Of a stretch of 64,000 nucleotides of DNA, positions 35,233 to 43,798 are shown in pieces. The notes below the pieces were generated by a model. The model made no database searches. It was not told the origin of the DNA and saw only the letters and a program-made list of their open reading frames with translations. Location: contig WQYC01000006.1 in assembly GCA_009781425.1 (NCBI GenBank), positions 7,796-71,795 of the forward strand. The letters run 5' to 3'. Origin of the DNA: Oscillospiraceae bacterium. GTDB taxonomy: Bacteria > Bacillota > Clostridia > Oscillospirales > Ruminococcaceae. A program made the translations under genes and the position numbers. Numbering within the stretch: position 1 is the stretch's first letter; every line of letters begins with the position of its first letter.

Positions 35233-36489
35233 CTATCTTCGTTCCATTTGGGCGATTTCTTTTAGCCCTGCTTCTAATTCGGGGTCTACTACTTCGATTG
35301 CGTAGCGGTCGAAGTAAAACAGCATTTCGCCTCTGCCTGCATTTCTTTGCACACACCACAGCACCGGCGCGAAGCCGCGCGTGAACATAGCTTCCGTCAC
35401 TGCGAGGGTATAATTACGTATTTCTTCCTCCGAAGCTTCCTTCGCCATACCATATTCGCCGATTACAACAGGTATGCCTTTATCGTGGAAGCTCGTGACC
35501 ATTTTATCCATTTCGCGGTTTAACTGGCGGTAATCCTCTTCAGTCCCCCAGTCGAAGCGCGCTTTTGCCCAGCTTTCATCTTTTTCCAAGTGCGTGAAGC
35601 CGAAGGGCTCATAATAATGCACTTTAATCGCTAATCTGCCCGCAGGGTCAGTCGGCATAATAAACATCGCGTCGCAAGTCCAGTCGATGTTTGTGTGATA
35701 GCCTGCGATGAGCAAGTGCCGCGCGGCGTTGTTCCCGCCGGAAGCGCGGACTGTATCTACAAAAGTTTGATTAATACGGTTAACTATTTCATAAGACACG
35801 GCTTTTTCTTCGGCTGAGCCGCCCCACGGATTCCAAATGCTGTGCCAGCCGAGTTCCTCGTTCGCCGACTCAAACAACAGCTTGTCGCCGTAGTCCTTGA
35901 AGTTTTCTGAAATCTGCTGCCAGAACCGCGTGAATCTCAGCATAGCTTCCGCGGATTCGTCAGCTTCGTCAGCTGCGAAGCCGTCCCACCAGCCGCCGTC
36001 CCAGTGAATGTTCACGATTGCGTACATACCATTGCTGAGAACCCAGTCGACGACCTCTGTTACGCGCTCCATTAATTCATCGGAAATAGTATAATCGTCA
36101 GCCATAAGATTCGACCATGCCACGGGAATCCGCATAGTGCCGAAGCCCGCGTCTGCGTAGCCTGCGATGATTTCTTCAGTGATAATCGGGCTTCCCCACG
36201 CTATCTCGAACTGCATAACCATAGTTCCGCGAATCCAGCTGCCTGTCGCTTCTAAGGTATTGCCTAAGTTTATGCCGAGCCCCATGTCGCGAACGAGCTC
36301 CATTGTAGTTATATCGCGCATTTCTCTCGAAACGCTTACTTCTGCGTCGGGAATTACGTCCCCGTCAAGCTCTTGCCCGTCTGTGTCAGCCGGCGGAGCT
36401 TCAACGTCAGTATCCGAAGCGCAAGCCGCAAAAACACTTATCATCAGCGCAAAAGCTAAAATATATGCAAGAATACGCAGTTTTTTCAT
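35233..36489 (-). CDS. glycoside hydrolase family 5 lipoprotein
   Basis: 418 aa, lipobox VFAAC. GH5 signatures NIHWDGGWW, acid/base ESANEE, nucleophile VVIGEYG. Confidence 0.85.
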   Translation of the reverse strand: MKKLRILAYILAFALMISVFAACASDTDVEAPPADTDGQELDGDVIPDAEVSVSREMRDITTMELVRDMGLGINLGNTLEATGSWIRGTMVMQFEIAWGSPIITEEIIAGYADAGFGTMRIPVAWSNLMADDYTISDELMERVTEVVDWVLSNGMYAIVNIHWDGGWWDGFAADEADESAEAMLRFTRFWQQISENFKDYGDKLLFESANEELGWHSIWNPWGGSAEEKAVSYEIVNRINQTFVDTVRASGGNNAARHLLIAGYHTNIDWTCDAMFIMPTDPAGRLAIKVHYYEPFGFTHLEKDESWAKARFDWGTEEDYRQLNREMDKMVTSFHDKGIPVVIGEYGMAKEASEEEIRNYTLAVTEAMFTRGFAPVLWCVQRNAGRGEMLFYFDRYAIEVVDPELEAGLKEIAQMERR

Positions 36490-36570
36490 TGTAAGTAATT
36501 CCTTTATTTCGTTTTAATTTATATTATAACACAAAAAAAATAAAATGCAATAGGGAAAACATATTTTTCC

Positions 36571-36599
36571 TTGACAGAGGTGATTTTGTGTGATATAAT
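36571..36599 (+). promoter_or_regulatory. consensus sigma-A promoter of cheV
   Basis: TTGACA (36571-36576), 17-nt spacer, TATAAT (36594-36599). Confidence 0.6.
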
Positions 36600-36642
36600 C
36601 TTATTTAAGAGTATTTTGGAGTATTATTTTGGAAGGTGAAAT

Positions 36643-37557
36643 ATGCATACTGATATTTTATTGGAAAGCGGCACTAACGAGCTTGAAATAATGGTGTTTA
36701 CTATCGCGAACATTCCTTTCGGAATAAACGTGGCGAAAATCACTGAAATAATGCAGTACAAGCCGGTCAGACCCATACCGAATTCGCACCCCAGCATTGA
36801 GGGTGTGTTTAAGCCGCGCGATTCAATCATCACGGTGTTTAACCTGCCGAGATACCTTGAGTTCCCCGAGGGCGAGGATAATTACCGCGATATGCTTATG
36901 ATTACAGGATTTAATAATATAAACGTTGCCTTTCACGTTCATACGGTTGAGGGTATTCACCGTATCAAATGGAGCGATATTGAAAAGCCCGACAGAATGA
37001 GACACGGCGGCGACAACAGCGTTTCAACGGGAATCGCGAAGATTGAAGGTCGCTTAATAACTATTATCGACTTTGAAAAAATTATTTCCGATATTGCCCC
37101 CGAAACAGGGATTCAATTATCGGAAATCGACGCACTCGGTCCCCGCGAGCGCAGCATGAAGCCTGTTTTAACCGCTGACGACTCGGTGCTTCTGCGGAAA
37201 ATGATTTACCAAGCATTGAACTCGGCGGGCTACGTAAATATAAAATCCTTCTCCGACGGGCAAGAGCTGTGGGATTATTTATCGGCTATCCGCAAGAGAG
37301 TGACAGAGGAGGGGATTCCGCTTGAATCGGAGGTTGCCGCTGTTATTTCTGACATTGAAATGCCGATGATGGACGGGCATCACTTGACTAAATTAATTAA
37401 GGAAGACAAGGTTTTAAGAAAGCTTCCTGTTATTCTTTTCTCCAGTCTGATTGACGAAGCTATGCAAATTAAAGGCAAGAGCCTCGGCGCAGACGCACAA
37501 CTGTCAAAGCCGGAAATCGGAAACTTAGTAACCATGTTAGACACGCATATATTATAA
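36643..37557 (+). CDS. cheV: chemotaxis protein CheV (CheW domain + receiver)
   Basis: 304 aa. CheW-like N-terminus (ELEIMVFTIANIPFGINVAKITEIM). REC segments TADDS, ISDIEMPMMDG, LSKP. Confidence 0.85.
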   Translation: MHTDILLESGTNELEIMVFTIANIPFGINVAKITEIMQYKPVRPIPNSHPSIEGVFKPRDSIITVFNLPRYLEFPEGEDNYRDMLMITGFNNINVAFHVHTVEGIHRIKWSDIEKPDRMRHGGDNSVSTGIAKIEGRLITIIDFEKIISDIAPETGIQLSEIDALGPRERSMKPVLTADDSVLLRKMIYQALNSAGYVNIKSFSDGQELWDYLSAIRKRVTEEGIPLESEVAAVISDIEMPMMDGHHLTKLIKEDKVLRKLPVILFSSLIDEAMQIKGKSLGADAQLSKPEIGNLVTMLDTHIL

Positions 37558-37605
37558 ACAATAAGCAAGGATAAAAAAATATAAGGAAAATAAAGGTAAA
37601 AGCTC

Positions 37606-39630
37606 ATGAAATTTAAAAAATTATCATGGAAAATCGCCGTAATAGTCGTTACAACCGTTGCGATTATTTCGCTGTCTCTCGTTACCTATTATCAAATCCG
37701 CGTGGTTGCTCTGCTGAACCGCTACTCGGAGGAAAACCTCAACAACGAGCTTTCTACGAAAATCGGCGATTATAACCTGCCTTTTACCGACTCGATGTAC
37801 ATAGTGAAAAGTCTGCGTAATTATGCAGAGGCGAGCTTTGAGCCCGCGCTGTTCAGAAGCGGCGCAGAGGATTATTTCGAGAACGAGTTCAGACCGCTCA
37901 TGGAGCCGTTTGTAATAAACACTGTTCTGCGTTCATACTTTATTGACGGTGCGTATTTTTCTGTTGACTATAGAATGTCGGGCAGTGATTACATAGGCGA
38001 AGTATTTATCGTATGTGACGGCGAGGGCGGCTACGAGATAGAAGAGCCGTATGATATTGAGGATTACGCCCCCGACAGCGGCACAGACATGGACTGGTTT
38101 TTCGGTGCTTTTAATTCGGGCAGACCGAACTGGACGCCGCCTTATATGGAAACCGACGGCGAGTACTACGTTTCCTTCGCCGAGCCTGTCGTTATAGGCG
38201 GGCAGACAATAGGTGTCGTGGGTATTGATATTTCAATCGCGATGATTAAAGAGTTAGTAAGTCAGTACAAGGTTTTCGACTCGGGCTTCGCAATTATAAA
38301 ATGCCAAACAGAATTCTTTGACACTAACGATTTTATAACGAGGCTTTCTCCTTCCGAGCGGCAAAAGCTTATTAACGCCGCAAATACCGTTAAAAACGGC
38401 GAGACTTTCACAGTAACGCTGAACAGCACTGCATACGTTGCAATGAGCGGTACTTTAATAAATGATTATGAAGTATTTATTTTAGTGCCGAAGAGCGAAT
38501 ACGACAGAGAAGCGTTCCTGTCCACGCTCAGAATGGTTATACTTTTTCCGATTGTTTTTGCATTAGCTTTCGTTATTTGCTTCTTCATCGGTAAGAGAAT
38601 CAGCAAGCCTATTGTGATAGTTTCCGAGCATCTTGAAACAATCGCGAGCGGCGATTATACCGCGGAGCTTCCGCAGGACGTCTTAAATATCCGCGACGAA
38701 ACAGGGAATCTTGCGCGCGTCTCGCATAATCTGCGTCTGCGGCTTGCGTATCTCACCGACCGCGTGAAGACTATTTCGGAGTGCAATCTTACCGAAACCG
38801 TCGAGCTTTCATTCAACGGCGACATCGCGGGAATCGCGCTGAACGACACGATTGACACGCTGAACGATATGTTCACTAAGCTTAATATCATGGCGCAGGA
38901 GTTTAGGTCTGAATCCGCGAACTTAGCCGACGGCAGTAATATGCTTTCGGACGGCTGTACCGAGCAGGCGAAGGCAGTAGACGAGTTAATGGAAATCATG
39001 GGCAACATCGTCGCCAGCAACAAGGACAACGTGGCTATGCTTGAGGAAGCGCTCAGAATCGAAAGCACTGTTAAGAATGACGCCCGCGCAGGAGACAGCA
39101 ATATGCAGCAGCTTTCGGAAACTGTCCGCGAAATCAACGAAGCGAGCAGGGGTATTCACAAAATCTTAAAAGCAATTGAAGATATTGCATTCCAGACGAA
39201 TATTCTCGCGCTCAACGCCGCTGTTGAAGCGGCGCGCGCAGGTGCGCACGGTAAGGGCTTCGCGGTGGTCGCGGAGGAAGTGCGTAACTTAGCGGCAAAA
39301 AGCGCGGAAGCCGCAAAGGAAACCGCTCATCTTGTCGGCGTTTCCACGCAGAAGGCGGAAGCAGGCGAGGAGCTCGCAATCGTTACGGCGCAGTCGCTGT
39401 CTAAGATTATCGACGGGATTAACAAAACCGAGGAAATTATTAAGAAAATCGAAATTAATTCGCACAAGAACGATGAAGATATTACGCTGATGAACAAAGA
39501 CTTAAACATCGTTTCCGACATTACGCAGAGAACAGCCTCGACAGCGGAACAAACCGCCGCAATGTCAGAAGAAATGAACGGACAGGCGGCTTCGCTTAAA
39601 GAAATTGTAAACGTATTCAGAATCAAATAA
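37606..39630 (+). CDS. methyl-accepting chemotaxis protein (Cache-type sensor, HAMP, MCP signalling domain)
   Basis: 674 aa. TM1, ~270-aa periplasmic domain, TM2, HAMP. Conserved hairpin [37 protein letters not shown]. Confidence 0.9.
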   Translation: MKFKKLSWKIAVIVVTTVAIISLSLVTYYQIRVVALLNRYSEENLNNELSTKIGDYNLPFTDSMYIVKSLRNYAEASFEPALFRSGAEDYFENEFRPLMEPFVINTVLRSYFIDGAYFSVDYRMSGSDYIGEVFIVCDGEGGYEIEEPYDIEDYAPDSGTDMDWFFGAFNSGRPNWTPPYMETDGEYYVSFAEPVVIGGQTIGVVGIDISIAMIKELVSQYKVFDSGFAIIKCQTEFFDTNDFITRLSPSERQKLINAANTVKNGETFTVTLNSTAYVAMSGTLINDYEVFILVPKSEYDREAFLSTLRMVILFPIVFALAFVICFFIGKRISKPIVIVSEHLETIASGDYTAELPQDVLNIRDETGNLARVSHNLRLRLAYLTDRVKTISECNLTETVELSFNGDIAGIALNDTIDTLNDMFTKLNIMAQEFRSESANLADGSNMLSDGCTEQAKAVDELMEIMGNIVASNKDNVAMLEEALRIESTVKNDARAGDSNMQQLSETVREINEASRGIHKILKAIEDIAFQTNILALNAAVEAARAGAHGKGFAVVAEEVRNLAAKSAEAAKETAHLVGVSTQKAEAGEELAIVTAQSLSKIIDGINKTEEIIKKIEINSHKNDEDITLMNKDLNIVSDITQRTASTAEQTAAMSEEMNGQAASLKEIVNVFRIK

Positions 39631-39650
39631 AACATAAACAAATACAAAGA

Positions 39651-39688
39651 GCCCGCAAGCCTTGTTTAATGCAGGTTTGCGGGCTTTT
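39651..39688 (+). terminator. rho-independent terminator after the MCP gene
   Basis: GCCCGCAA...TTGCGGGC stem followed by TTTT. Confidence 0.6.
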
Positions 39689-39703
39689 CAAGAGGACATT
39701 TTT

Positions 39704-40633
39704 ATGCAGCCTATTATTTCAGTTAAAAACTTCACAAAAAAATACGGAGGCTTCACAGCAGTTGATAACATCAGCTTCGACGTTGAAGAGGGCAGTATTT
39801 TCGCTTTCTTGGGACCGAACGGCGCAGGGAAGTCCACGACAATCAACACGCTCGTAACTATTTTTGACAAGACAGAGGGCGAGCTGACGATTGACGGCAA
39901 GGACGTTTCTGTGCAGAAAGCGGCAGTACGCAAGGCTATCGGCGTGGTTTTTCAGGACTCTACGCTTGACAAGAAGATGACAATCGAAGAAAACTTAAAA
40001 ATGCACTGCGTTTTTTATAAAGTCCCGAAGTCTGAGGTTGAAGAGCGGATTAAATTCGTGCTGACCTTAGTTGACTTGCTTGATGTCCGCAAGAAAACCG
40101 TCGCGGCGCTGTCCGGCGGCATGAAGCGCAGAGTTGAAATCGCGCGCGGCTTGATTCACTACCCGAAGGTTTTATTTTTAGACGAGCCTACCACAGGCTT
40201 AGACCCGCAGACCCGCGCTCACGTGTGGGAGTATGTTCTGCGCTTGCAAAAAGAAAAAAACATCACGATTTTTCTCACCACGCACTACATGGACGAAGCC
40301 GAAATATGCAATAAAGTGGCGGTCATTGACCACGGAAAAATCATCGCGCACGACACGCCGTTTAATTTAAAAAAGCAGTTTACAAAAGACCGCGCTTATG
40401 TCACGACAACGAATCCCGAAAAGTTAGAAAAACTGCTTGTCGACAAGAGTATTAATTTTATTGCGAAAGAAAAATATCACCGGATTGACGTCGGCGATAA
40501 CGCGGCTTTACTTAATATTTTGAACGAGTGCGGAAGCGATATTACCGATATTGAAATCCGCAAGGGCACGCTGAATGACGTGTTCTTGGAAATCACGGGG
40601 CGCGAAATAAGACAGGGAGGTGGCGACGCATGA
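39704..40633 (+). CDS. ABC transporter ATP-binding protein (ABC-2/DrrA-like exporter)
   Basis: Start trimmed to ATG 39704 after AGAGGA. Walker A GPNGAGKST, signature LSGGMKRR, Walker B LFLDEPT. Confidence 0.9.
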   Translation: MQPIISVKNFTKKYGGFTAVDNISFDVEEGSIFAFLGPNGAGKSTTINTLVTIFDKTEGELTIDGKDVSVQKAAVRKAIGVVFQDSTLDKKMTIEENLKMHCVFYKVPKSEVEERIKFVLTLVDLLDVRKKTVAALSGGMKRRVEIARGLIHYPKVLFLDEPTTGLDPQTRAHVWEYVLRLQKEKNITIFLTTHYMDEAEICNKVAVIDHGKIIAHDTPFNLKKQFTKDRAYVTTTNPEKLEKLLVDKSINFIAKEKYHRIDVGDNAALLNILNECGSDITDIEIRKGTLNDVFLEITGREIRQGGGDA

Positions 40634-41460
40634 GAGTAGTTTATGCACTTTGGCTGCGCAATTTGAAAGCGTTTGTCCGTAATAAGCCCGCGCTGATTTT
40701 CAATTTGATTTTCCCTTTTTTCTTTATATTTGTTTTCGGGGAAATCTTCCGCAATGATTTTATCGAAAACCCGATGAGCTATATGTTAGCGGGGATTATT
40801 GCCGCCACTGTTTTTGATTCGTCCTTCCGCGTTTCGAGCTCAACGATTGACGACATGACCTCGGGCTTCATGAAGGAGGTTTTAGTCTCGCCTGTTTCGC
40901 GGCTTACTGTCGCGGCGGGGCAGTTTATTTCCTCGGCGACGATTGCAACGGTTCAGGGCGTGATTATCTTTGGCGTCGGCTTCTTTATCGGCTTCAGAAT
41001 TACGTCGCCTTTTACAATTATATTAGCACTTCTCGCAATGGTTTTTATTGGCTTGGTGCTTGCGGGGTTCGGCTTACTTATTGCAACCATGACGAAAAAC
41101 ACGCAGACTTTCCAAGCGGTCAGCATAGCGATTACCATGCCTATGACGTTTATGTCGGGCGCGTATATTCCTTTGTCAATGCTTCCGAACGCGCTTCGAT
41201 GGGTGGGATATTTTAATCCGCTGACGTATGTTGTCTCGTTGTTCCGCACGATTACGCTTGAAAAATTAGATGTGCCTGTAGCAGAGCTTATCGCCGAGGA
41301 CTTAGCCTTTGAAATCGGACGAATTACAATAGGACCCGCACAAGCTCTGATGATTCTGACAATCGTTGGAATCGCGTTTATCAGCTTGTCTGCATTAGCC
41401 TTCGCAAGGGTGGACTTCTCAAGAATGAACCGCAGTAAAGACGATTATTTAGAGATATAA
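40630..41460 (+). CDS. ABC-2 type transporter permease
   Basis: 276 aa, 6 TM. 4-nt overlap with the ATPase gene. Confidence 0.85.
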   Translation: MRVVYALWLRNLKAFVRNKPALIFNLIFPFFFIFVFGEIFRNDFIENPMSYMLAGIIAATVFDSSFRVSSSTIDDMTSGFMKEVLVSPVSRLTVAAGQFISSATIATVQGVIIFGVGFFIGFRITSPFTIILALLAMVFIGLVLAGFGLLIATMTKNTQTFQAVSIAITMPMTFMSGAYIPLSMLPNALRWVGYFNPLTYVVSLFRTITLEKLDVPVAELIAEDLAFEIGRITIGPAQALMILTIVGIAFISLSALAFARVDFSRMNRSKDDYLEI

Positions 41461-41473
41461 AAAGGAGTTTATC

Positions 41474-41689
41474 ATGGCAAAAAATAAAAGCAACAGAGCT
41501 CAAAAAATACAGCAAAGAGAAAGAGCTAAGAAAAAAGCCAAGCAGAAAAAAGTTCTGCTCATATGCGGCTGTGTCGTAATAACAGCGGCTTTAGCGGTGC
41601 TTGCGGTGTTCATGGCAAGCCGCGAAAGAAGCGAAAGCCCGCCTGTGAATCCTCTTACTCACATTCACGGTGACAGCTGCCGCCATTAA
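41474..41689 (+). CDS. small basic single-pass membrane protein
   Basis: 71 aa. Lys/Arg-rich N-terminus, one TM helix, C-terminal HIHGDSCRH. RBS AAAGGAG. Confidence 0.45.
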   Translation: MAKNKSNRAQKIQQRERAKKKAKQKKVLLICGCVVITAALAVLAVFMASRERSESPPVNPLTHIHGDSCRH

Positions 41690-41696
41690 AACTATA

Positions 41697-41733
41697 ATAA
41701 AAAAGATTCTTGCAGCTGCAAGAATCTTTTTTT
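41697..41733. terminator. bidirectional rho-independent terminator
   Basis: Perfect palindrome AGATTCTTGCAG/CTGCAAGAATCT flanked by an A-run and a T-run. Confidence 0.8.
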
Positions 41734-41741
41734 GTGAAAAA

Positions 41742-42203
41742 TTAATGCTCGTCGGCTTCCGCTATTGCTTTTGTTTGGTGAACCGTTCCGTGCGCGTGAT
41801 TCGGCGGCGCGTAAATTGAGTATAGTTTAAGCGGCTTGTTGCCTGTGTTTATGAGGTTATGCCAGCTTCCTGCCGGTATGAAAATCGCGCAGTCTTCAAA
41901 GACGGGCTGTTGGAAATTCAAGTAGTCCTTACTGTCGCCCATCTGCGTTAAGCCCTGCCCCGATTCAATCCGCAGAAACTGGTCAACCTGCGGGTGAACC
42001 TCCAAGCCGATGTCTTCGCCGACGGGAATACACATTAAGGTAAGCTGTAAATGCGTTCCCGTCCATAAAACTGTACGGAAAGTATCGTTATGTAATGTCG
42101 CCTTGTTTATATCCGTGATGAAGGGCGCAGGCCCGAAGTCCTGCTTTGCAGACGAGCAGCGGGGCTGCTTCCCGCAATTGTTGTTGTAAAAATTATTCAT
42201 CAT
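41742..42203 (-). CDS. cupin-domain protein
   Basis: 153 aa. Cupin motif 1 variant GLEVHPQVDQFLRIESGQG, motif 2 IPAGSWHNLINTG. Start overlaps the stop of the upstream paralog (ATGATGA). RBS GGGAGG. Confidence 0.8.
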   Translation of the reverse strand: MMNNFYNNNCGKQPRCSSAKQDFGPAPFITDINKATLHNDTFRTVLWTGTHLQLTLMCIPVGEDIGLEVHPQVDQFLRIESGQGLTQMGDSKDYLNFQQPVFEDCAIFIPAGSWHNLINTGNKPLKLYSIYAPPNHAHGTVHQTKAIAEADEH

Positions 42204-42523
42204 GTTCCTCCCTTATATTTTTTTTGGCAGCAGCAGCCGCAAGGCTTAGGCTTCAGAAAATCCTTTGCGAGCTGCATTTTCATTTTGAGCAGAAACTGCA
42301 GGTCAGTGATTTTTTCAATCAGCGAAGCGACGCTGTCGTTCACTGTGATTACTTCGCAGATACTGCTGCATTTATTTGCAAGAACGTATTGAATTTTCTC
42401 GCCCTCGGCGTTTATGATGTGGCTGAGCGCGGTTTCCTCCATAGCGATTGACGTGAGAATTGCGTTCACCGCTTCGTCACGCGTCAGCACTGTTTCCTTG
42501 TCCGGGAATTTCGGCATTGACAT
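42200..42523 (-). CDS. MSMPKFP-family paralog A (107 aa, Cys-rich tail)
   Basis: N-terminus MSMPKFP, then SIAMEETALSHIINAEGEKIQYVL shared with the two plus-strand paralogs. Tail PCGCCCQKKYKGGT. RBS AAAGGAG. Confidence 0.7.
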   Translation of the reverse strand: MSMPKFPDKETVLTRDEAVNAILTSIAMEETALSHIINAEGEKIQYVLANKCSSICEVITVNDSVASLIEKITDLQFLLKMKMQLAKDFLKPKPCGCCCQKKYKGGT

Positions 42524-42650
42524 ATATTTTCGCTCCTTTTATTAATTTACTTTTTATTTTATTCCGCAAGCTTTTTTTATGTGCAGAGCTTGCAGGAACA
42601 CTTTGTCGAGTTTCGCCGTATAATGTAAAAAAATATGGAGGTTAATTACT

Positions 42651-42965
42651 ATGTCAATGCCAAAATTCCCGAATGTCCCGGATTTAGACCTTGAAGATGC
42701 AATCAGTCAGATTATTTCTTCTATCGCAATGGAGGAGCTCGCGCTCAGCCACATCATAAACGCTGAGGGCGAGAAGCTTCAGTATGTTCTCGGAACGCTT
42801 GAAACGCAGAGAGGCGCGGTTCCGATTACCATCACGCTCAAGGATTTATTAAAAATAAACGAAAGCATCAGAGATACGCTCGGAGCTGTTTCGATGAACC
42901 AGATGTTCCTGCTCGGCAAGCTGTCCGCAGCGGTTAACGCCCTGCCAAAACCGAAAAAAGATTAA
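42651..42965 (+). CDS. MSMPKFP-family paralog B (104 aa)
   Basis: MSMPKFP...SIAMEELALSHIINAEGEKLQYVLG...NESIRDTLGAVSMNQMFLLGKLSAAVNAL. RBS GGAGG. Confidence 0.7.
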   Translation: MSMPKFPNVPDLDLEDAISQIISSIAMEELALSHIINAEGEKLQYVLGTLETQRGAVPITITLKDLLKINESIRDTLGAVSMNQMFLLGKLSAAVNALPKPKKD

Positions 42966-42999
42966 AACCAAAGAATATTATTAACGGAGGATAATTATT

Positions 43000-43779
43000 A
43001 TGTCAATGCCTAAATTTCCGGAGCACCCGGATTTTACCCTTGAAGATTCGATAATTCAGATTATTTCTTCCATAGCTATGGAAGAGCTCGCGCTCAGCCA
43101 TGTTTTAAACGCTGAGGGTGAGAAGCTACAGTATGTTCTCGGAACGCTTCAAACGCAAAAGCCCCCGCTCCCGCCTGCTTCAATCGACGATTTACTTGAA
43201 GTGAACGAGAGCATAAGGGAGACGCTTTCTGCGGTTTCCATGAACCAAATGTATCTGCTCGGCAAAATGTCAACAGCTGTTAACGCGCTTTCCGCAAGCG
43301 ATAAAGACGATGATAAAGGCGGCGGCGGTGACGACGGCGGTGACGACGGCAAGCCTAAGCTGTCGCTGATACACGGCGAGGGTCCCTACGACACACGTAT
43401 CGATGAGGGTGACTGGGAGAACAAAAACTTTTCAATGCTGATTAAATACAGACTCGAGCAGGACATAGCCGACCCCGAAATCGTTATATATGAAGAAGGC
43501 GCGGTAAAATTAGAGGATATTCTTAAAACAAATGACTTCAGGGGAATCAGCGTAAGAGCCGAGAATCCCGCGCTGAATCAGTACTTCCGTATTGATATGG
43601 ACAAAACTGATGACCTCTCAATCATTTATAATTATATTCCCGACTTAGATGTTTGGGAAGACGCTCAGCCGGGACTCCCTGTGATTATGGAAACGCTGAT
43701 TTTAAGCAAAGCAGGATACGAAGACGCAAGGATTAAAGTAATTCTGCGTTATAACGGGTCTCTGTTTACAAACGGATAA
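43000..43779 (+). CDS. MSMPKFP-family paralog C (259 aa; paralog domain + G/D linker + extra C-terminal domain)
   Basis: First ~100 aa are roughly 70% identical by eye to paralog B. Then DKDDDKGGGGDDGGDDGKPK and a ~130-aa unique domain. RBS GGAGG. Confidence 0.7.
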   Translation: MSMPKFPEHPDFTLEDSIIQIISSIAMEELALSHVLNAEGEKLQYVLGTLQTQKPPLPPASIDDLLEVNESIRETLSAVSMNQMYLLGKMSTAVNALSASDKDDDKGGGGDDGGDDGKPKLSLIHGEGPYDTRIDEGDWENKNFSMLIKYRLEQDIADPEIVIYEEGAVKLEDILKTNDFRGISVRAENPALNQYFRIDMDKTDDLSIIYNYIPDLDVWEDAQPGLPVIMETLILSKAGYEDARIKVILRYNGSLFTNG

Positions 43780-43798
43780 AAAACAGGAGGAAAATATT

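Noticed and set aside
20860-36500. Whole region downstream of ssrA as an integrated genomic island or prophage.
   Set aside because: I saw no integrase, transposase or phage genes and no second copy of the ssrA 3' end. Base composition looks the same by eye as the flanks. Only the TA pair is kept as a low-interest observation.
42524-42650. Tried to recognise sporulation sigma-E or sigma-K promoters (AC-16/17-CATA...TA) in the divergent intergenic region of the paralog cluster.
   Set aside because: Only weak partial matches appear (GTATAATGTA, CACATAAAAA). I cannot support a sigma-factor assignment by eye, so no promoter is called here.
42200-43779. Idea that the three MSMPKFP genes are RiPP precursors (conserved leader, variable core, Cys-rich tail, ABC exporter upstream).
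   Set aside because: Conservation between B and C spans the whole ~100-aa helical domain rather than only a leader. No radical-SAM, LanM/LanB, YcaO or peptidase gene is nearby. The ABC-2 exporter is separated by a strong terminator and an unrelated small gene.
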